From assembly GCA_964016885.1 (NCBI GenBank), contig OZ024743.1:319920001-319984000 (forward strand): DNA of 64,000 nucleotides, given 5' to 3'. How positions within the stretch are numbered: position 1 is the first letter of the stretch; every line of letters starts with the position of its first letter. Below are positions 39,611 through 58,653 of the stretch, one piece after another. Below the pieces are notes generated by a model, which was given only the letters and a program-made list of their open reading frames with translations, was not told the DNA's origin and did not search any database. The position numbers and the translations under genes were made by a program. The DNA is from Eledone cirrhosa (taxonomy: Eukaryota).

Positions 39611-40770
39611 TTTCTTTATTAGCCACAAGGGCGCAACAAGAAAAGGGCACAATACAAAGACATGCCGGGGATTTTACATACAGTCGTGTAAAAAATATAA
39701 AAACAAACAATTTCAACAATCGAAATCCCCAATAGGGGGGAGGCGCCACAAATGGGTTGTTTAATACACCGTCGATAGAACAACCCTCAACTCGAGGAGC
39801 GTGTTGTGCAAGTGCTCCTTTCTTCCTTTTGCTCTCTTCCTCAACCTACAGGCTTATAAACAGAGAAGGCCCAATCACTCGGGCCATTTTCGCTTCATTC
39901 ACCCACCTTTCAGTAAATTTACTGGGGTGCAGTGCCTCTCTCTCCACCCTGATTCTCCTTCTAAAGTGATACTTAAAGAAAGGAATCAATTGTTGTCCGG
40001 AGAGAAAGGCATCTGTCCTCAGTCCTCTCAACCTCGTCCACCATATAACTTCTTTCACCATAGCCACCGTACAGAGGAAAACCGCCTCTCTTTCGTTTTT
40101 GAAAGATTCTGGCGGTTTGATCCTTACTATGGACTCGGCAGTCAACTGTATTTGTCCCATACGCAACAGCAGTTGTTCTGCATAGTTCCACAGGTCGCTT
40201 ACGCCCGGGCAGTGTACAATTGCGTGCAGAACTGTTTCAATGTCCTGCGCACATCTTGGACACGTCCTCTTGGAAGGATCCCTGCCAGGGCGTCCGTGCC
40301 TGTAGATCTTGTCACGAACCGGTAGAGCTCCTCGGTAGCAGTGCCAGGCTAGGGACCTCCGGAAGTTGTCCATAGGTCCCGGGCGGAAAGTCCTACCAAA
40401 CATACTGGTGAGCTCATCGTCTTCGACGCCCAGAGTCTCTCCGAGCACGTCGTCGCCCTTGTAACGTACAATCCCTCTATAGAATGTCGAAGTGGAGTCT
40501 CCACTGATTGCTGCGCCCGCTTGCCAGAGGACTGTGAGCGCCTGAGCGCATTCAATGTGCCAGGCGCCCATCGTTTTCGGTCTTTTCTTCACCCAGGACT
40601 GCAGCTCCGTTAGCGAGACGAGATGTGGGAAAGCTTGTCTCACAAACGGTGCCCACACCGGTTGGGGGTCGGTGAGGAATACCTGGAGATGCCGCAGCCT
40701 CAGCGCATGTTTGCGCATCATCAGCCACGGCATTCCCAGCCCTCCGTTGGAAGGGTGCTGACAGCAGACG
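39611..40770 (-). mobile_element. Tx1-clade copy H (5'-truncated, open frame 40733-39846)
   Basis: Near-identical to the 3' part of copy D including the UTR. The 5' junction is preceded by tctatc on the element strand. Confidence 0.95.
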
Positions 40771-40799
40771 ATAGAATGTTCAGGTGTGGCACTCCATAA

Positions 40800-41891
<1,092 letters not shown>

Positions 41892-41934
41892 TAGCGAGGT
41901 TTTTTATATGAAATCGTGTGTCGAAACAAATATT

Positions 41935-42359
41935 GTTATACATGTGGAGGGTCATATTTGTGTAATATTGCCAGAACACACTCACTGTTTGGTTGGTTTT
42001 CGCTTCTCGCTGTCTTTTATATCTGCGATCTAACTTAATCGGTCCTCAATGTTGCCATTGAGACTGAATAAAAATGGCGTAGACATACAACACAACAGGA
42101 GGAAAAAATATAACACCACTGACGATGTTGCAGATGTGCAACGAAAGATTTATGTAAATTATGTAAACTATATATATGTGTTTGTGTCTATATTGTATCT
42201 GTATTATTTTTGACCGTCGGTCAGTCAATGGCAACATTGAGGACCGATTAAGTTAGATCGTAGATATAAAAGACAGCGAGAAGCGAAAACCAACCAAACA
42301 GTGAGTGTGTTCTGTTATCAATTCTGGCAATATTACACAAATATGACCCTCCCCAAGTA

Positions 42360-42363
<4 letters not shown>
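41935..42363. repeat. Inverted repeat (41935-42066 / 42221-42363) between microsatellites
   Basis: The arms are reverse complements over ~130 bp, with a small insertion in the right arm. Confidence 0.88.
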
Positions 42364-42436
<73 letters not shown>

Positions 42437-43024
42437 TATAGAATTAAATGATAATCGTGAAATAAGCTCAAGAGCACAGTTATACCTGTGTTCTCGGCAT
42501 TGGCATAAAAGTCAAATCTATCATTAACTTATTTTGCACAATAGCTTGCGAGTGGAATTTTCAGTGGGAGAGCATATTACTTACATGGTTACGCGCGCGC
42601 CTGGGAGTAGGCCAGGTAATGTATGACTTCCAGCTATGTATTTCAACTAATACATCTCTTCCCCCTGAAAAACCTGCTCTATTACACATTTCAGTCATTG
42701 AGCTATTTCTTCTACTCTGAGATACATATAATTATTTGTCTCTCTGTTAAAATGCAGAGAAACAGTAATTAAACTTTTCGAAGCAAGCAACACCGTGCTT
42801 CCTAAATCACAATATATGATATATTATAAAAATTAAAACAAAGATCAGTCATATTTTAAGTAACGGAGACAATTTCATCCGAAAGCTGAATATCAGGTTT
42901 TCAGAAAATATTTGTTTCACAAATTGACTGAGAATCTAACCGCTGAGATTCTGTACTCCCTCAAATATACAATACTAACAGGAGCACCACCACCAGAGAG
43001 CATTTATGGTAATATATGATAACG

Positions 43025-44520
43025 GCAAAGTGAGGAATTTGATATTGATTAGAATGACGAAATCTCTGAAGGTCTGAATCTCTGAAAAAGCACATAAGCA
43101 ATGGCAATTTGGAGTGATAATCCCAATTTTCAAAAAGGCAGACAAGAGAAATTGCTCTAATTATAGAGATCTTCTTGTAACGTCTATGCTAAGTGTCTGG
43201 CAAAGAGATGTAGGGAGATTGTCAGTCCAATCTATCTGATAAACAATTTGGTTCTCGCTTCGGACGCAGCAGAGCTGACAAAATATTTGCAACGCGACAG
43301 CTCTTTGAGAAATCGCGAGAGTACTGCCAAGAGGTGTATTCTTGATTTGTAGAACTCGAAAAGGAAAATGATTGTGTTCCACGGGACCTGCCGTGGAAGG
43401 TTCTGCAGCTGTATGGGATTGATGGTCAGCTTCTTGTTGCTCTGATATCTCTATATGTATGCTCGAGTATTTGTGTTCGGATAAATGGTGCTAAATTGAA
43501 ACCATTCAATGTAGGAGTCGGACTCCACCAAGGGTGCGTACTATCACCTGATCTGTTCATTAATGTCAAGTACAGGATTGATATGCCCAGTCGGGTTGGG
43601 AGTAGTATCACGACTGGCGGATGTAAAATCAGTCGGCTGGAAGTTGCAGACGACATGTTATTACTTAACACGACAGTAGGCGATCTTCGTCGTGCCCTTG
43701 ATAGGGTTGATGCCAAGGGCTGCATGGCTGGAATGAAAATCACTGCTGCGAAAACTGAGACCCCCGTCCTCACAAGGAAGCCTCCGCAGTGCACTCTACA
43801 TGTGAATGGAGTTCCACTGAAGTAGGTGGAGAATTTCAAGTATCTTGGGGCCGTGTTCACGAGTGATGGAAGATAAGGGGTGGAATTAAGTGCCAGAATT
43901 GCAAGAGCTGGTGAAGTAATGCATCAGTTTCATCATACAGCAATCTGAAGAAGGGAGTAGACAAATTCCCTACCTTAAATTCGGTATCCATGCCAACCGA
44001 TATGTGTGTCATGAATCTTGAGTAATGACAGAAGGAATACGATCGCTAATACAAGGGGCCGAAATGGGATTCCTCGGAAGGATCTTCGGAATAACGTTAC
44101 GCGATATAGTGTCTAGCACGGTGATCAGAAAGTCAACCTAGGTAGAGCCGATACTTCTCTGAATTGAGAGTTCACAGCTCCGATACTATGGGCCTGTGGT
44201 TATACTGTCTCAGAAAAGAATGGTTGAAGCGATTTTACAGGCAAACCCAATCGCTAGGAGACCCAGGGGCAGACCCCGAGCAAGGTGGTTGGATAACATC
44301 CATCAGGTTGACTGGTTACGATTGGGGATCAAGTTGAACCAGTTGGAGACGGTTGCTTCTGACAGGACGCGCTGGAAGGTGTGTTTGAGTACACTTCCCC
44401 CACTGTCGTCTAAAGAAGAAGAAGAAGAAGAAGAAGAAGAAGAAGAAGAAGAAGAAGAAGAAGAAGAAGAAGAAGAAGAAGAAGAAGAAGAAGAAGAAGA
44501 AGAAGAAGAAGAAGAAGAAG

Positions 44521-44550
<30 letters not shown>
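43025..44550 (+). mobile_element. RTE-type LINE, RT to 3' end, with long (GAA)n tail (44413-44550)
   Basis: [61 protein letters not shown]. Confidence 0.9.
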
Positions 44551-44551
<1 letters not shown>

Positions 44552-45817
44552 TAATAGGCTATAATCAACGATATCAGAATTGGTTAGATACAAATGTAGA
44601 CATTGCAGACTTTTATGCTTCGGTTTCGAAAAAGCTATTAAACAAAGTATTACATTTCGCAGACGGTATTGCATTAGAGATGATAGCAAGTTAAGAGTAA
44701 TGACGCACGTCAGAAGAACATTTACCTTACAAAAAAGAACTGCACTTGGGTTAATATAAACCCAACCTGTGGATTATGCGCCTGAATTGATTTATATTAG
44801 ATAACCTTTAGAAAACCCAACGAAAAACATACATATATGCAATTAAAATGTTGGCTACTGATTACACTACTATCTAATGGATCGTGTAGAAGTGCAGAGC
44901 TTCTATGAACGGTAGCAGGAAATTTAGACTCTCTCAGTTGAGAGGAGACAAAAACTGAAAAGCTCTCTATAATCAGACAATTATTTAAACAAGAGCCATA
45001 CATGCAGCATATGTCCACACTGCAACAAATATATTTTACAATATTGCTCACTACTGAAGAGGTATTGAAACTAGAACCTTCGCTAATGTTGTTTATCAGA
45101 TCATTTTCTTATACTTTAATTTTCTTTAAATACCCTTAATTAACACACCCTTTTGATTTTGTCCATTCTCCCTGTGCTATAATAAAAGCAGCTCAACCAA
45201 AATCCCTTGTTAACTTTTACTTCTAAGCTTGATAAATCGAATCATCTCTCTTTATTTACTAAATATGTATTAATTCTCCATAGCATGAATGTTGACTTAA
45301 TTAGTTTATAAACTAATGTTAATTGAAATTAGAAGAATTATTGTACTATATTAACTTGTATATAATTTGTTCTTAATTTAACTCAATTTAATTTCTATTA
45401 TTAAATTGTAATTATTTTTATCATGCAAGTTCTCATGACGTTCATAGTAGAGAGTGCATTACTAGATTAGATGTCTAATGAGGCCTCTCCGCTTGTATTT
45501 AAATCGGGATTGCCGTTCCTTCTAATCACTAATATGGATGTCAGGGGCTTAGTGCCTACAGGAATGCCAACTGAAATGTCAAACAATGTCTGGCGATGTA
45601 ATTTAAATCTGTGCACTGTGATATTGTTTGAAAGATTGCAGATTTTAAACAGTTGTCTGCAATGAAAGTGGGTTTACGACAACTAACAAATATATTTGAG
45701 CTAACAAGAAACCGATGCATCGAACTTTCAAATTTCGGTTATTTTATATTGCAATGGTATCTTATGTCTTGTCTGATATCAATGAGGCTCTCTCTCTATA
45801 TATATATATAGAGAGAG

Positions 45818-47180
45818 AAGTGGTTACACAACAGTTAGTTCACCATACCGAAAACAATTGTTTCACCTTCGCGGATCTTCAGCTCGGGATGTGTATGGTT
45901 ATAGGAACAGGAAGGACAACCGTACGAACGCACATGCGCAGAACCTCGGTCACTTCACACAGGCAATACTAGACTGCGTGCGGGAGGTGTAAGGGAGATA
46001 ACTGCGAAAGTAAGGAAAGTTTTTAGCTTGAAAATAAAATAAAAAGAATTAAAAATAAAATTACAAAGAATCAGTCCGGAGCCTTGTAGTTATGCAATAG
46101 ATGTTTGGTGACGTGTGGACAACGTGTGAACAATTCACTTCTCGTGTTTAGGCAATCACTATTGCGTAATCTCTTTAGGATAGTTATTCGTTCGTCAATA
46201 CATAAGCCACACGTCGGATTTCCCCTTGCGTATTGCTTGGACTTAATGATGGCTTTTCAATGAATGGAGTACCCTATACTTGAGTCCTTGAGGGACCATA
46301 CGTGGCTCGCGAGTTTCGTGGATGAACGTCTGTCCGGGTATCTGAAGGTAGACTGGTGGTTCAGGAAACGCTCCTTGAATCGGCCCTCCGCCATGCCCAC
46401 ATACGATTTGACCTCCTGTGGTTCGTTTGGTCGGTTGGAAGTGACCACAGCTTCATAGATTACAGCTGGTATGTTACATTGCTGTTGATGGGGGAAAGCT
46501 TCAGACTTACGGCAAGAGCACCCTGGTGGCGTGTTGCTCCTAGGGCTGCTGGTCATGTTCTTAGCGCAGGAGTATCCTAGTTTAACTTTGTGACGGTTAA
46601 AGATGGAGCGGTATTTATGACCTATGGGGAAGTGTCTATCTAAGAGGGCTAGAAATGTTTTTCCTACATTGGTTTTAACATTGAGTAAGAAGGGAGGAGA
46701 GAACCAGATAGTTTGTCTATTGATGCGCTTACTTTTCTTAATGGTGTTGTTGTTAGTGGGAGAGTAATGATAGGTTGTGAGAAGCCGCTGTTAGCCAACG
46801 CCGTGTTATAGTAGGGTGCTGCCCTGTCAAAGATAGCCTTATTCGAGGAGAGGTTTGAGATTAGAGTACTGATATTCTTAACGAAGTTTCTAAAAACAGT
46901 GGAAGCGTGGCATGAGTCCTTGTGAATGTAATTAAGTTTCTCGTTTAGCTTATGGAAGGGTCTGTGGCTGTGTGTGCCAATGTCTAAATTAATGTCTAAG
47001 AAATCTACGCTAGAGAAGTTGGTAGCTACTGTTATCCTAAGGCCTAACTCATTGAAGGTAGAAGCTAAGTCTTTTTTAAACCGGTCGAGGTCGTGACCAC
47101 TTTTATGGTTCGATAACGTCAGTCCATCGTCGCGGTATATTCCCGTGTGGAAGTCCGGGAATCTAACACGTAATATGTCT
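45818..47180 (-). mobile_element. Naiad-type PLE (RT C-terminal part, GIY-YIG, 3' UTR), same family as 23350-24825
   Basis: GIYRDDGL catalytic motif, VDFLDINLD, SYVGMAEGRFKERFLNH. The 3' UTR matches 24640-24825; (TA)n at both ends. Confidence 0.92.
45849..45886 (-). ncRNA. Minimal type I hammerhead ribozyme
   Basis: cgag-CTGAAGA-tcc gcgaa ggt-GAAA-caattg-TT-ttcg, with palindromic loop 3. Confidence 0.62.
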
Positions 47181-47231
47181 AAGATAAAAATATATATGAG
47201 TAAATAAATATATATACATATATATATGTAC

Positions 47232-48330
<1,099 letters not shown>

Positions 48331-49036
48331 TAGAGAGATAGGTATTATCCCACATATATATATATATATTGTCTCCTAACATAATACTTTCATGATGAAG
48401 GACAAACGTCGAATACATTCGGACATTCGTTTTCCCACATGTATAACACAAATTAAACCTTATTTAATTATTTATGCAGTTGACTTCTTTGTATAGCTAT
48501 GACTTCGAACGAATGAAACATTTCTAGTTCTATAAATATCATTTCTACGGGAAATAAATCTTCCTCTGTTTCTTAAAGAAATACCTTTGTTCTACTCCGA
48601 ATTACTGACACTTCCTTATCACACATGCTGTTTAGTATACGGTGAAACCATAATTGTCTCACTCGGCACAATTGAAGCTAGTTTTCAACACATTGCAATG
48701 AAACATATGTCACGCAAATAGATAAAACGAAGTTGATTCCTAAATCAAGAGTAACAGGTAGAAAAAAATGATTAGGACGTCAGATATATTGGTTTCTGAA
48801 ACATGCTAAGCTTTACTGCTCCCTCTAAAACACATTGATTACCAATCAATTAATTATGGAGCTGGCAACGTGTACACCCAGCCCTCATTAAGTTAGTTCC
48901 CACGTATTTCATTTTTACTGCAGTTTAGACAACAGCTGTGCTACATATAACGCGTTACATTTTTGTATATTGATTTTTCTATTTAGAATGTTATATAAGG
49001 TCTCAAATTTTATAATTGGCACCACAAATCGCCAAG

Positions 49037-49067
49037 ATGAAGTTATCGGTTATTGCGGCTCTTGCTG
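49037..49067 (+). CDS. Putative first coding exon (signal peptide start MKLSVIAALA) of a secreted protein
   Basis: aagATGa context and phase-1 donor G|gtattt. Splices in frame to 49342-49386. Confidence 0.55.
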
Positions 49068-49341
49068 GTATTTATCACTGTTTACTATTTCTTGGATAAT
49101 AACATTTCTGTTTTGTCTTATTAATAGATACCATACTTATAAGTAAGCATGAAGAACCAAGAGAAAACACCATCTCTAACAATACGTTACGATCTTCGCA
49201 TCTCAAAAAATGTATTAGATTTATAGCAACAATAATTAAATCGCCCAAAATATATTAATCAATACAGTATTATTTCCATCAAGAAAGTAATATAGTTACT
49301 TTAGATGATATAATACATTTAATACATTTTTATCATTGCAG

Positions 49342-49386
49342 GTGTTCTAACTTTATGCATGTGCGTAGCAGGAAGACCTGATCCAT
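49342..49386 (+). CDS. Putative second coding exon (GVLTLCMCVAGRPDP)
   Basis: Acceptor tttttatcattgcag, donor T|gtaagt, 45 nt, phase 1-1. Completes a hydrophobic signal peptide. Confidence 0.65.
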
Positions 49387-49431
49387 GTAAGTAAAATTTA
49401 ATAAACCTTTAAATTCTCTTTCTTCCTCTAT

Positions 49432-49485
<54 letters not shown>

Positions 49486-49817
49486 ATATATATAACACAT
49501 TATACATATAACACACATATATATATATAACATATATATATATGACATATATGTATATACAACACATTATACATATAATACAACACATTAACCGCAGTCA
49601 TGCATGTTTATGTATGTATGAATAAATTTATTGAATAACCAACAAATTAAATAACTCTTTGCTTATATATATATATATGCAAACTATATTTATATAGATA
49701 CATACACACAATCATACATGTATATGTATGATTGTGTATGTATAATTGTGTGTCTATATAAATATAGTTTGCATTTTATTAAAAGAGGAGAATGGTTCCA
49801 CCTGCATCAAAGATAAT

Positions 49818-49978
49818 TGTTTCTACTTTTGGCACAAGGCCAGCAATTGTCTCAGTGCATTACTGGTACTTTATTTTATGTACCAGGTAAGGATGAAAGG
49901 CAAAGTTAACCTCAGCGGGATTTGAACTCAGATCGTAAAGGGGCGTAACTCTATGCTACAAAGATACTGCCAACCCAC
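49818..49978 (-). mobile_element. tRNA-derived SINE with 20-bp TSD
   Basis: Reverse complement of the family at 27174. TSD ccacctgcatcaaagataat at 49798-49817 and 49979-49998. Confidence 0.92.
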
Positions 49979-50744
49979 CCACCTGCATCAAAGATAATAA
50001 AACCTTATAGAAGCATAGATATGGACAAACTGGTGACACAATGACATACAGATGATACAGAAACAAGAAATTCGTAGCTATTGACTGTACGGATGAATTT
50101 AAACAGTTTTGACTGCTGATTCATCCGGGATCGCAGTATCAAACAAGATAATTAAACAGAACCCTGGAGTATTTTACCCGACAAGGGCGATTTGAAACTA
50201 GAATACTGAATTTGAACATGAATGATAATGTAATCAGATAAAGCAGAACGTACCTGAAATTAAATTTCAAGGGAAAATTACATATATAATGAAAATGTTC
50301 AACATTTCAAACAATGAGTGAAGAAGATTTTCAATTAAACCAGAGAGGCAAAACAAGGTAGAGAGTAGGTGACACACAGACGGAAAATGGTGGGATTGTA
50401 GTAAGCAAGTCTGATTGTTGGGGTAGTACCACATGATAGAAGAGGAGATAAGTTGTGGTGAATATAGTAAAAATCTCCCAAAAGGAAGAGGAGCGAACGG
50501 CGGGTGGTATATCACGAGGAAGTTATAGTGAACTGTGTAGTACACATTTACTTTCCAAACATAATGTTCAGCTTTTTACTTACAATTATTCATACAATAC
50601 ACGATTAACCATATATCTACCCAAACGACTTTACGAATATTACTATTGCTAAGTTATGTGTGCGCGATAATTCATTGAATGCGCTTTTACAAATGGCATC
50701 GAGGCTTATATATATATTCAATAGAATCACGAGAATGCTTCTCA

Positions 50745-53475
<2,731 letters not shown>

Positions 53476-53558
53476 TTGCTCTACGGTTCTTATATATTTG
53501 ATATATATATATCCTTATCGAGCCCTCTTTGGATTTTAGTCTTCAAATTTATTATTAT

Positions 53559-53632
<74 letters not shown>

Positions 53633-53639
53633 TTAATTA

Positions 53640-55770
53640 TTAACCTTCTAAATACCTCTGTAGCAAGCAACCATATTAACGGCAGTAACAATAGAAATAA
53701 CACTAGTATAAGAAATAACACCGGGGTTGACAACCCGAATATCCAAAATCCTATAGCTACCACCCAGACTTCTGCACTGCATTATAACCAGCAGACTAAC
53801 ACACAGGATAATTGTAACTGTAGAGCTAATAGAACCTGCCCTTTAGATAAAAAATGCCTAACCAAGGATATCATATACTCATGCACCGTCACAACTAGCA
53901 ACTCTTCAGAAACCTATGTAGGCTCCACTTCTAACTGCTTCAAAATCAGATATAATTCGCACATCCACTCGTTCATAAAGCACAGCCTAGCCAACTCCAC
54001 CTCACTATCTAGCTACATACACTATCTAAAAACTAAAAATAAACCTTACACACTCAAATGGGAAGTGATAGGCAGCGCGACTTCGTACAAACCACCTAAT
54101 AAATTTTGTAACCTCTGTATACTAGAGACCCACAATATTATCTTCTCTAACCGTAACCTACTTAACAAAAAATCTGAAGTGTTTGCAACTTGCCAGCACC
54201 GCTTCAGACATTCCTTCCAAAACTTTAAGCCCAATATATAGCAATGTCGGACTTGAACCAAACACCACCTTTAGCATCAAACACCAGGGGTACACCTTAT
54301 ACCACATACCCAACACTAACTGATCTAATATAACACAAACAGCGACATCCCTCTAGAACCCTTCGCAGGGCGAATACCCATTTATACCTCTACGTTAGGT
54401 GTGACAACATCCACCCACTTGAACTGCACTCCACCACTCTATAGGTAATTTAAGCATGAATTGATTGGCTTGTTAGTGTTGTGCGGAGGAAGTTCCTTCC
54501 TTGGACAGATGAAAAACGATTTAATCTAGTAACGCTGTTGAGCAGTAGGACCGGTACGCTGAGTGCAGAGAATGAATGTATTGCAACTGGCGTGCGGGTT
54601 GTACATATATGTATGATTTGATGGTCAGAGTGGGGTCATGAGGACTGCGGATTGACCTCTGGTCGGCCCTGGTGATGATTATCTTTCGACATCCAATGTA
54701 GCAAGCGATGACCCAGAACTTACCAGAGATCATTGTGTGTTGAAGTGATTCTGCAATCACAGCGCCTGGTCCTATGAGTAGACTACAACCACAGATATCA
54801 TTAATTTAGAATCCTCGCTCGTCGTCTATAATATTCATTTGTGGCACCCTACGATGGGAGTTAATTCACCATAATAATACGAACACCTTCAGCACAACTT
54901 AATAGACTACTCTATAGTTAAAACACTTTATGCTTTAGAAATTTTTTAGAAGTTGCGCATAACCATAGAAATTAGGGTCTATTTTGAGACACATTTCAAT
55001 AGTTAGTAATAGAAACCTCGGAGTTACCTCCCCTCATGCATTAACTCCCCTTAGCCACACACACACTTCCGGGTAGTATTCAATGTCGATTCTCGAAACG
55101 TAACAGCCTCCTGTATTGAACTAAAGAACATCAAACTACGATTCTCTAACCGGATTGTCAAACGCTCAATATCGAATTGTCGTGGATTATCTGAGGGGCA
55201 AATAATCTGAAAAATACACTCCCCTGAGTATGAAAATGTCGAAGAACATGAAGTCCATAACACCCCTTCGCTGTGCATTTCCAATACTTTTAATATTTTT
55301 AATGCTTGCACTATTTTTAATGCTTATATCATTTCTCCACACACAGACTATAACAAACATATAAAGAATTTGCCACCAGATCAACCAACCTAACACTCTT
55401 GTTTACCTACCTAAGTCCTTCTACTACACGTAACTCTCTGCCACACTATATAAACAAGACGCACGTGCTTGCCACACATATAACATTTGCACTATATAAC
55501 CGCTTATTTTCATGTTGTATTTTAACCTGAATTTTTGATTGTACATTTTAATATGAATGTAATCTCTAAGTGTGTACTGCCACTCTAAATGCTGTAATGA
55601 ATGTTGACCCACAATATTTGCATATGTATCTGTATGTCTCTTGGGTGAAAAGGAGGTCATATAACTGTTCATTCATTAATAAATTGCTCCGATGAATCCA
55701 AACCTCGGTTTGGAGGAAACGGTTGTAAGCACAAAAATGTTTTGAACAGTTCTTTGATTCTTATATTTCA
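53640..55770 (+). mobile_element. Naiad-type PLE 3' part: GIY-YIG (to stop 54241), long 3' UTR, terminal hammerhead
   Basis: CNCRANRTCPLDKKCLTKDIIYSCTV...TYVGSTSNCFKIRYNSH...CNLCILE...LLNKKSEVFATCQH. (TA)n at both ends. Confidence 0.85.
55685..55731 (+). ncRNA. Type I hammerhead ribozyme, U4C core variant
   Basis: tgct-CCGATGA-a tccaaac ctcg gtttgga g-GAAA-cggttg-TA-agca. Confidence 0.72.
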
Positions 55771-55787
55771 TATATATATATATATAC

Positions 55788-56462
55788 ATGGTGGCTGCCA
55801 ACTCGTTTTCGAGTACGGCCACTACTTCATATCCATGTAGGAGAACCCTTACCGATGCGCTGAACGAGTGTGGCTTTTTAGTCCAGCAAGCGACTTGAAA
55901 ACTCTGGTACAAACACTACACTAGTGACAATTATTGACACCTAGTGTTGGGCCTATAGCACCATGTGATCCAAGGTGTCATGTGAGATCACTACTCGACC
56001 TGCATACCCTTCCACAAACATCACATGTCGTCGTCTGATGAACACTTATAGCTCCACAGGTGCCTGCTTCCCTGTTCTTGTGCACTCTCAGGTGACACTT
56101 TAGACCTGCCATGCTCAGACAAACCCTATTACAGGTCTCACATGTCAGGGCAGGCCGTCTGTCAGTGCCTTCGGGAAGGCCAATATGGATTCCTTTCCGG
56201 ACATCTCTTTTTAGTGTCGCGTGCCTTCTTCTTGTTTCTTCAAATAGACTCTTGCCACTAGCCACTGCTTTCCTCCAATGCGATCGATCGCTAGCGCATG
56301 CTTCCCAGTGCTCACAAGGGATGTTACCTTTCATGAGCTCCCCCTTAATGCAGTCCTTAAAACGCATCTTGGGTTTGCTCGCGTTCCCTTTTCCCATTTG
56401 GAGCTCGCCATAAAGCAGCTCTTCGACATTCGCTTGTCATTCATCCTTACAAGATGGTCTGT
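55788..56462 (-). mobile_element. RTE (BovB-like) LINE 3' end with C2H2 zinc fingers
   Basis: WTDHLVRMNDKR...KPKMRFKDCIK...WEACASDRSHWR...CETCNRVCLSMAGLKCHLRVH...CDVCGRVC. Confidence 0.85.
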
Positions 56463-56508
56463 CCAAATTCTTGTTTTGGGTATGTCACTATCTGTAAAAC
56501 AACTTTTG

Positions 56509-56570
56509 TATTTTATCTGACGAGGGCGTACCAAAAATGTTGATACACTTGAAATATATATAATACAATA
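56509..56570 (+). ncRNA. Type I hammerhead ribozyme in a short PLE end
   Basis: tattttat-CTGACGA-gggcgtaccaa aaatg ttgatacactt-GAAA-tatata-TA-atacaata; same family as 32722 and 35292. Confidence 0.68.
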
Positions 56571-56682
56571 AATATGGTTTTATAAAGATAGTTTCCATTT
56601 ATTAATATTATTGATATATATATATACCTAATAAATTTTATTTGTACTGCCTCTCTGTTTTTGTTCCCGTCCAAGTTTTCAC

Positions 56683-56737
<55 letters not shown>

Positions 56738-57057
56738 GCGGTTTTTTTTTTTTTTTTTTTTTTTTGCATTTGTACTTATTTTCATCATCCACACATATTT
56801 TATCACTATCCTCATAATCACCAGCATCTTCATCGTCATATTCATCTTTATAATTTATTTGTGAATGTATAGTTTAATAATTTACACATTTATTTTCTTA
56901 CAGTTTTGGGAAACATTTTCAGTAAGTTTTTAATCACATTTCTAATCTTCTTGAATAAAATATCTAACAAGCAATTAAAACAAAAAAAAACAACTGATTT
57001 ACCTATACGTAAAATATTGCCAGCAACTGATTGTTTCCGTTATTATTGGGCCTACTT

Positions 57058-57244
57058 GGGCGGTGGATTGGCAGAATCGGCAGAACGTCCCTTTACGTTC
57101 TGAGTTCAAATCCTGCTGAGGTTAGCTTTGCCTTTCATCCTTCCGGTGTTGATAAATAAAGCACCAGTAATGCACTGGGGTCAATTTAATCGACCTTCCC
57201 CTCCCCTTTAAATTGCTGGCCTGTGCTAAAAATAGAAACAATTA
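57058..57244 (+). mobile_element. tRNA-derived SINE
   Basis: gggcggtggattggcagaatcgg...gagttcaaatcc...ctttgcctttcatcc...tagaaacaatta. Confidence 0.87.
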
Positions 57245-57382
57245 ATGATATCTATTTACATGTACGCATTTGTATTTTCATATAATACTTACACATTTGG
57301 ATATAAAATGATGACGGTAATTATTTCTCTTAAAAATTAATATTAATGTGTGTGTGTGTGTAAATATATATATATATATATA

Positions 57383-57710
57383 ATATAAGAACAAAAGATG
57401 GTTAAAAGAGTTCCATGTATTTTATTATGCGCATTTCAAAAACAAATATCATCATGCAATAATATTTGTGTTTTCATCAGATAAAATAGGAAGACATGAT
57501 ATGAAGGTTAAAAAACACTTGTGTATAGTGCAGTTTTAAATCAACATATCAGTTTTAAACTGCACTATCCACAAGTGTTGTTTAACCTTCATATCATGCC
57601 TTCCTATTTTATCTGATAAAAACACAAATATTATTGCATGATGATATTTGTTTTTGAAATGCGCATAATAAAATACATGGAACACTTTTACCCATCTTTT
57701 GTTCTTATAT
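57383..57710. repeat. ~155-bp-arm palindrome containing a hammerhead in each arm
   Basis: 57383-57540 is complementary to 57553-57710, with a ~13-nt loop. Confidence 0.9.
57418..57488 (-). ncRNA. Type I hammerhead ribozyme
   Basis: tattttat-CTGATGA-aaacacaaatatta...tgatatttgttttt-GAAA-tgcgca-TA-ataaaata. The plus-strand mirror (57605-57675) has a mutated core CTGATAA. Confidence 0.78.
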
Positions 57711-57798
57711 ACTATGTATACTCCAGCCCTACAAACTGTAGAGTGCTTCTTATCCGATATCTGCATTGCTTTATTGTACTACAATAAAACTCACCTCC

Positions 57799-57840
<42 letters not shown>

Positions 57841-58000
57841 CACGCACACATACACATATATATATATATATATATATTTTTTTTTTGTGTGTGTATATAT
57901 ATATATATGTACATTATTTCCCTTAAAAATTAATATTAATGTGTGTATATATCTCTATATATATCTATCTATCTATATATATACATATATATATATATAC

Positions 58001-58031
<31 letters not shown>

Positions 58032-58067
58032 CATATATATACATACATACACACACATATATATATA

Positions 58068-58132
<65 letters not shown>

Positions 58133-58566
58133 AATATATATATAATAAATACGGTGAAAAGTGTATAATTCGCTAAGGGAGGTAATTACCAGTGCCCGTA
58201 GACAGTCTACTGCATTACTTATCACCAATACCAGCTATGGGAAAACATTTTTTATTTATTTAAAAGGAATTAACATATGTGGGGTTGGTCAACTCAGCAT
58301 AAATGATGCTGTGTTTATGTGTGAATATGATAGACTGTACACATATATACCTAATGTATGGGGACACGTACACATATATACCTAATGTATGGGGGCACGT
58401 TGGGGTGCGAATTTGAAGGCCTAGAAAAATAATGCCAATTTGGATCGAAGCTGTATGTTCATATGATCAATTCATCTAAGAAGTTACTCGGGTTCAGAAC
58501 ACGTGTAAGAGCTATATAAAGATATGTTTTAACGACTAGTAACTCTTTCATTCACTCATTCTTTTG

Positions 58567-58653
<87 letters not shown>

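Noticed and set aside
44196-44689. Poly-Glu / poly-Ser ORFs
   Set aside because: Read-through into the (GAA)n tail of an RTE LINE.
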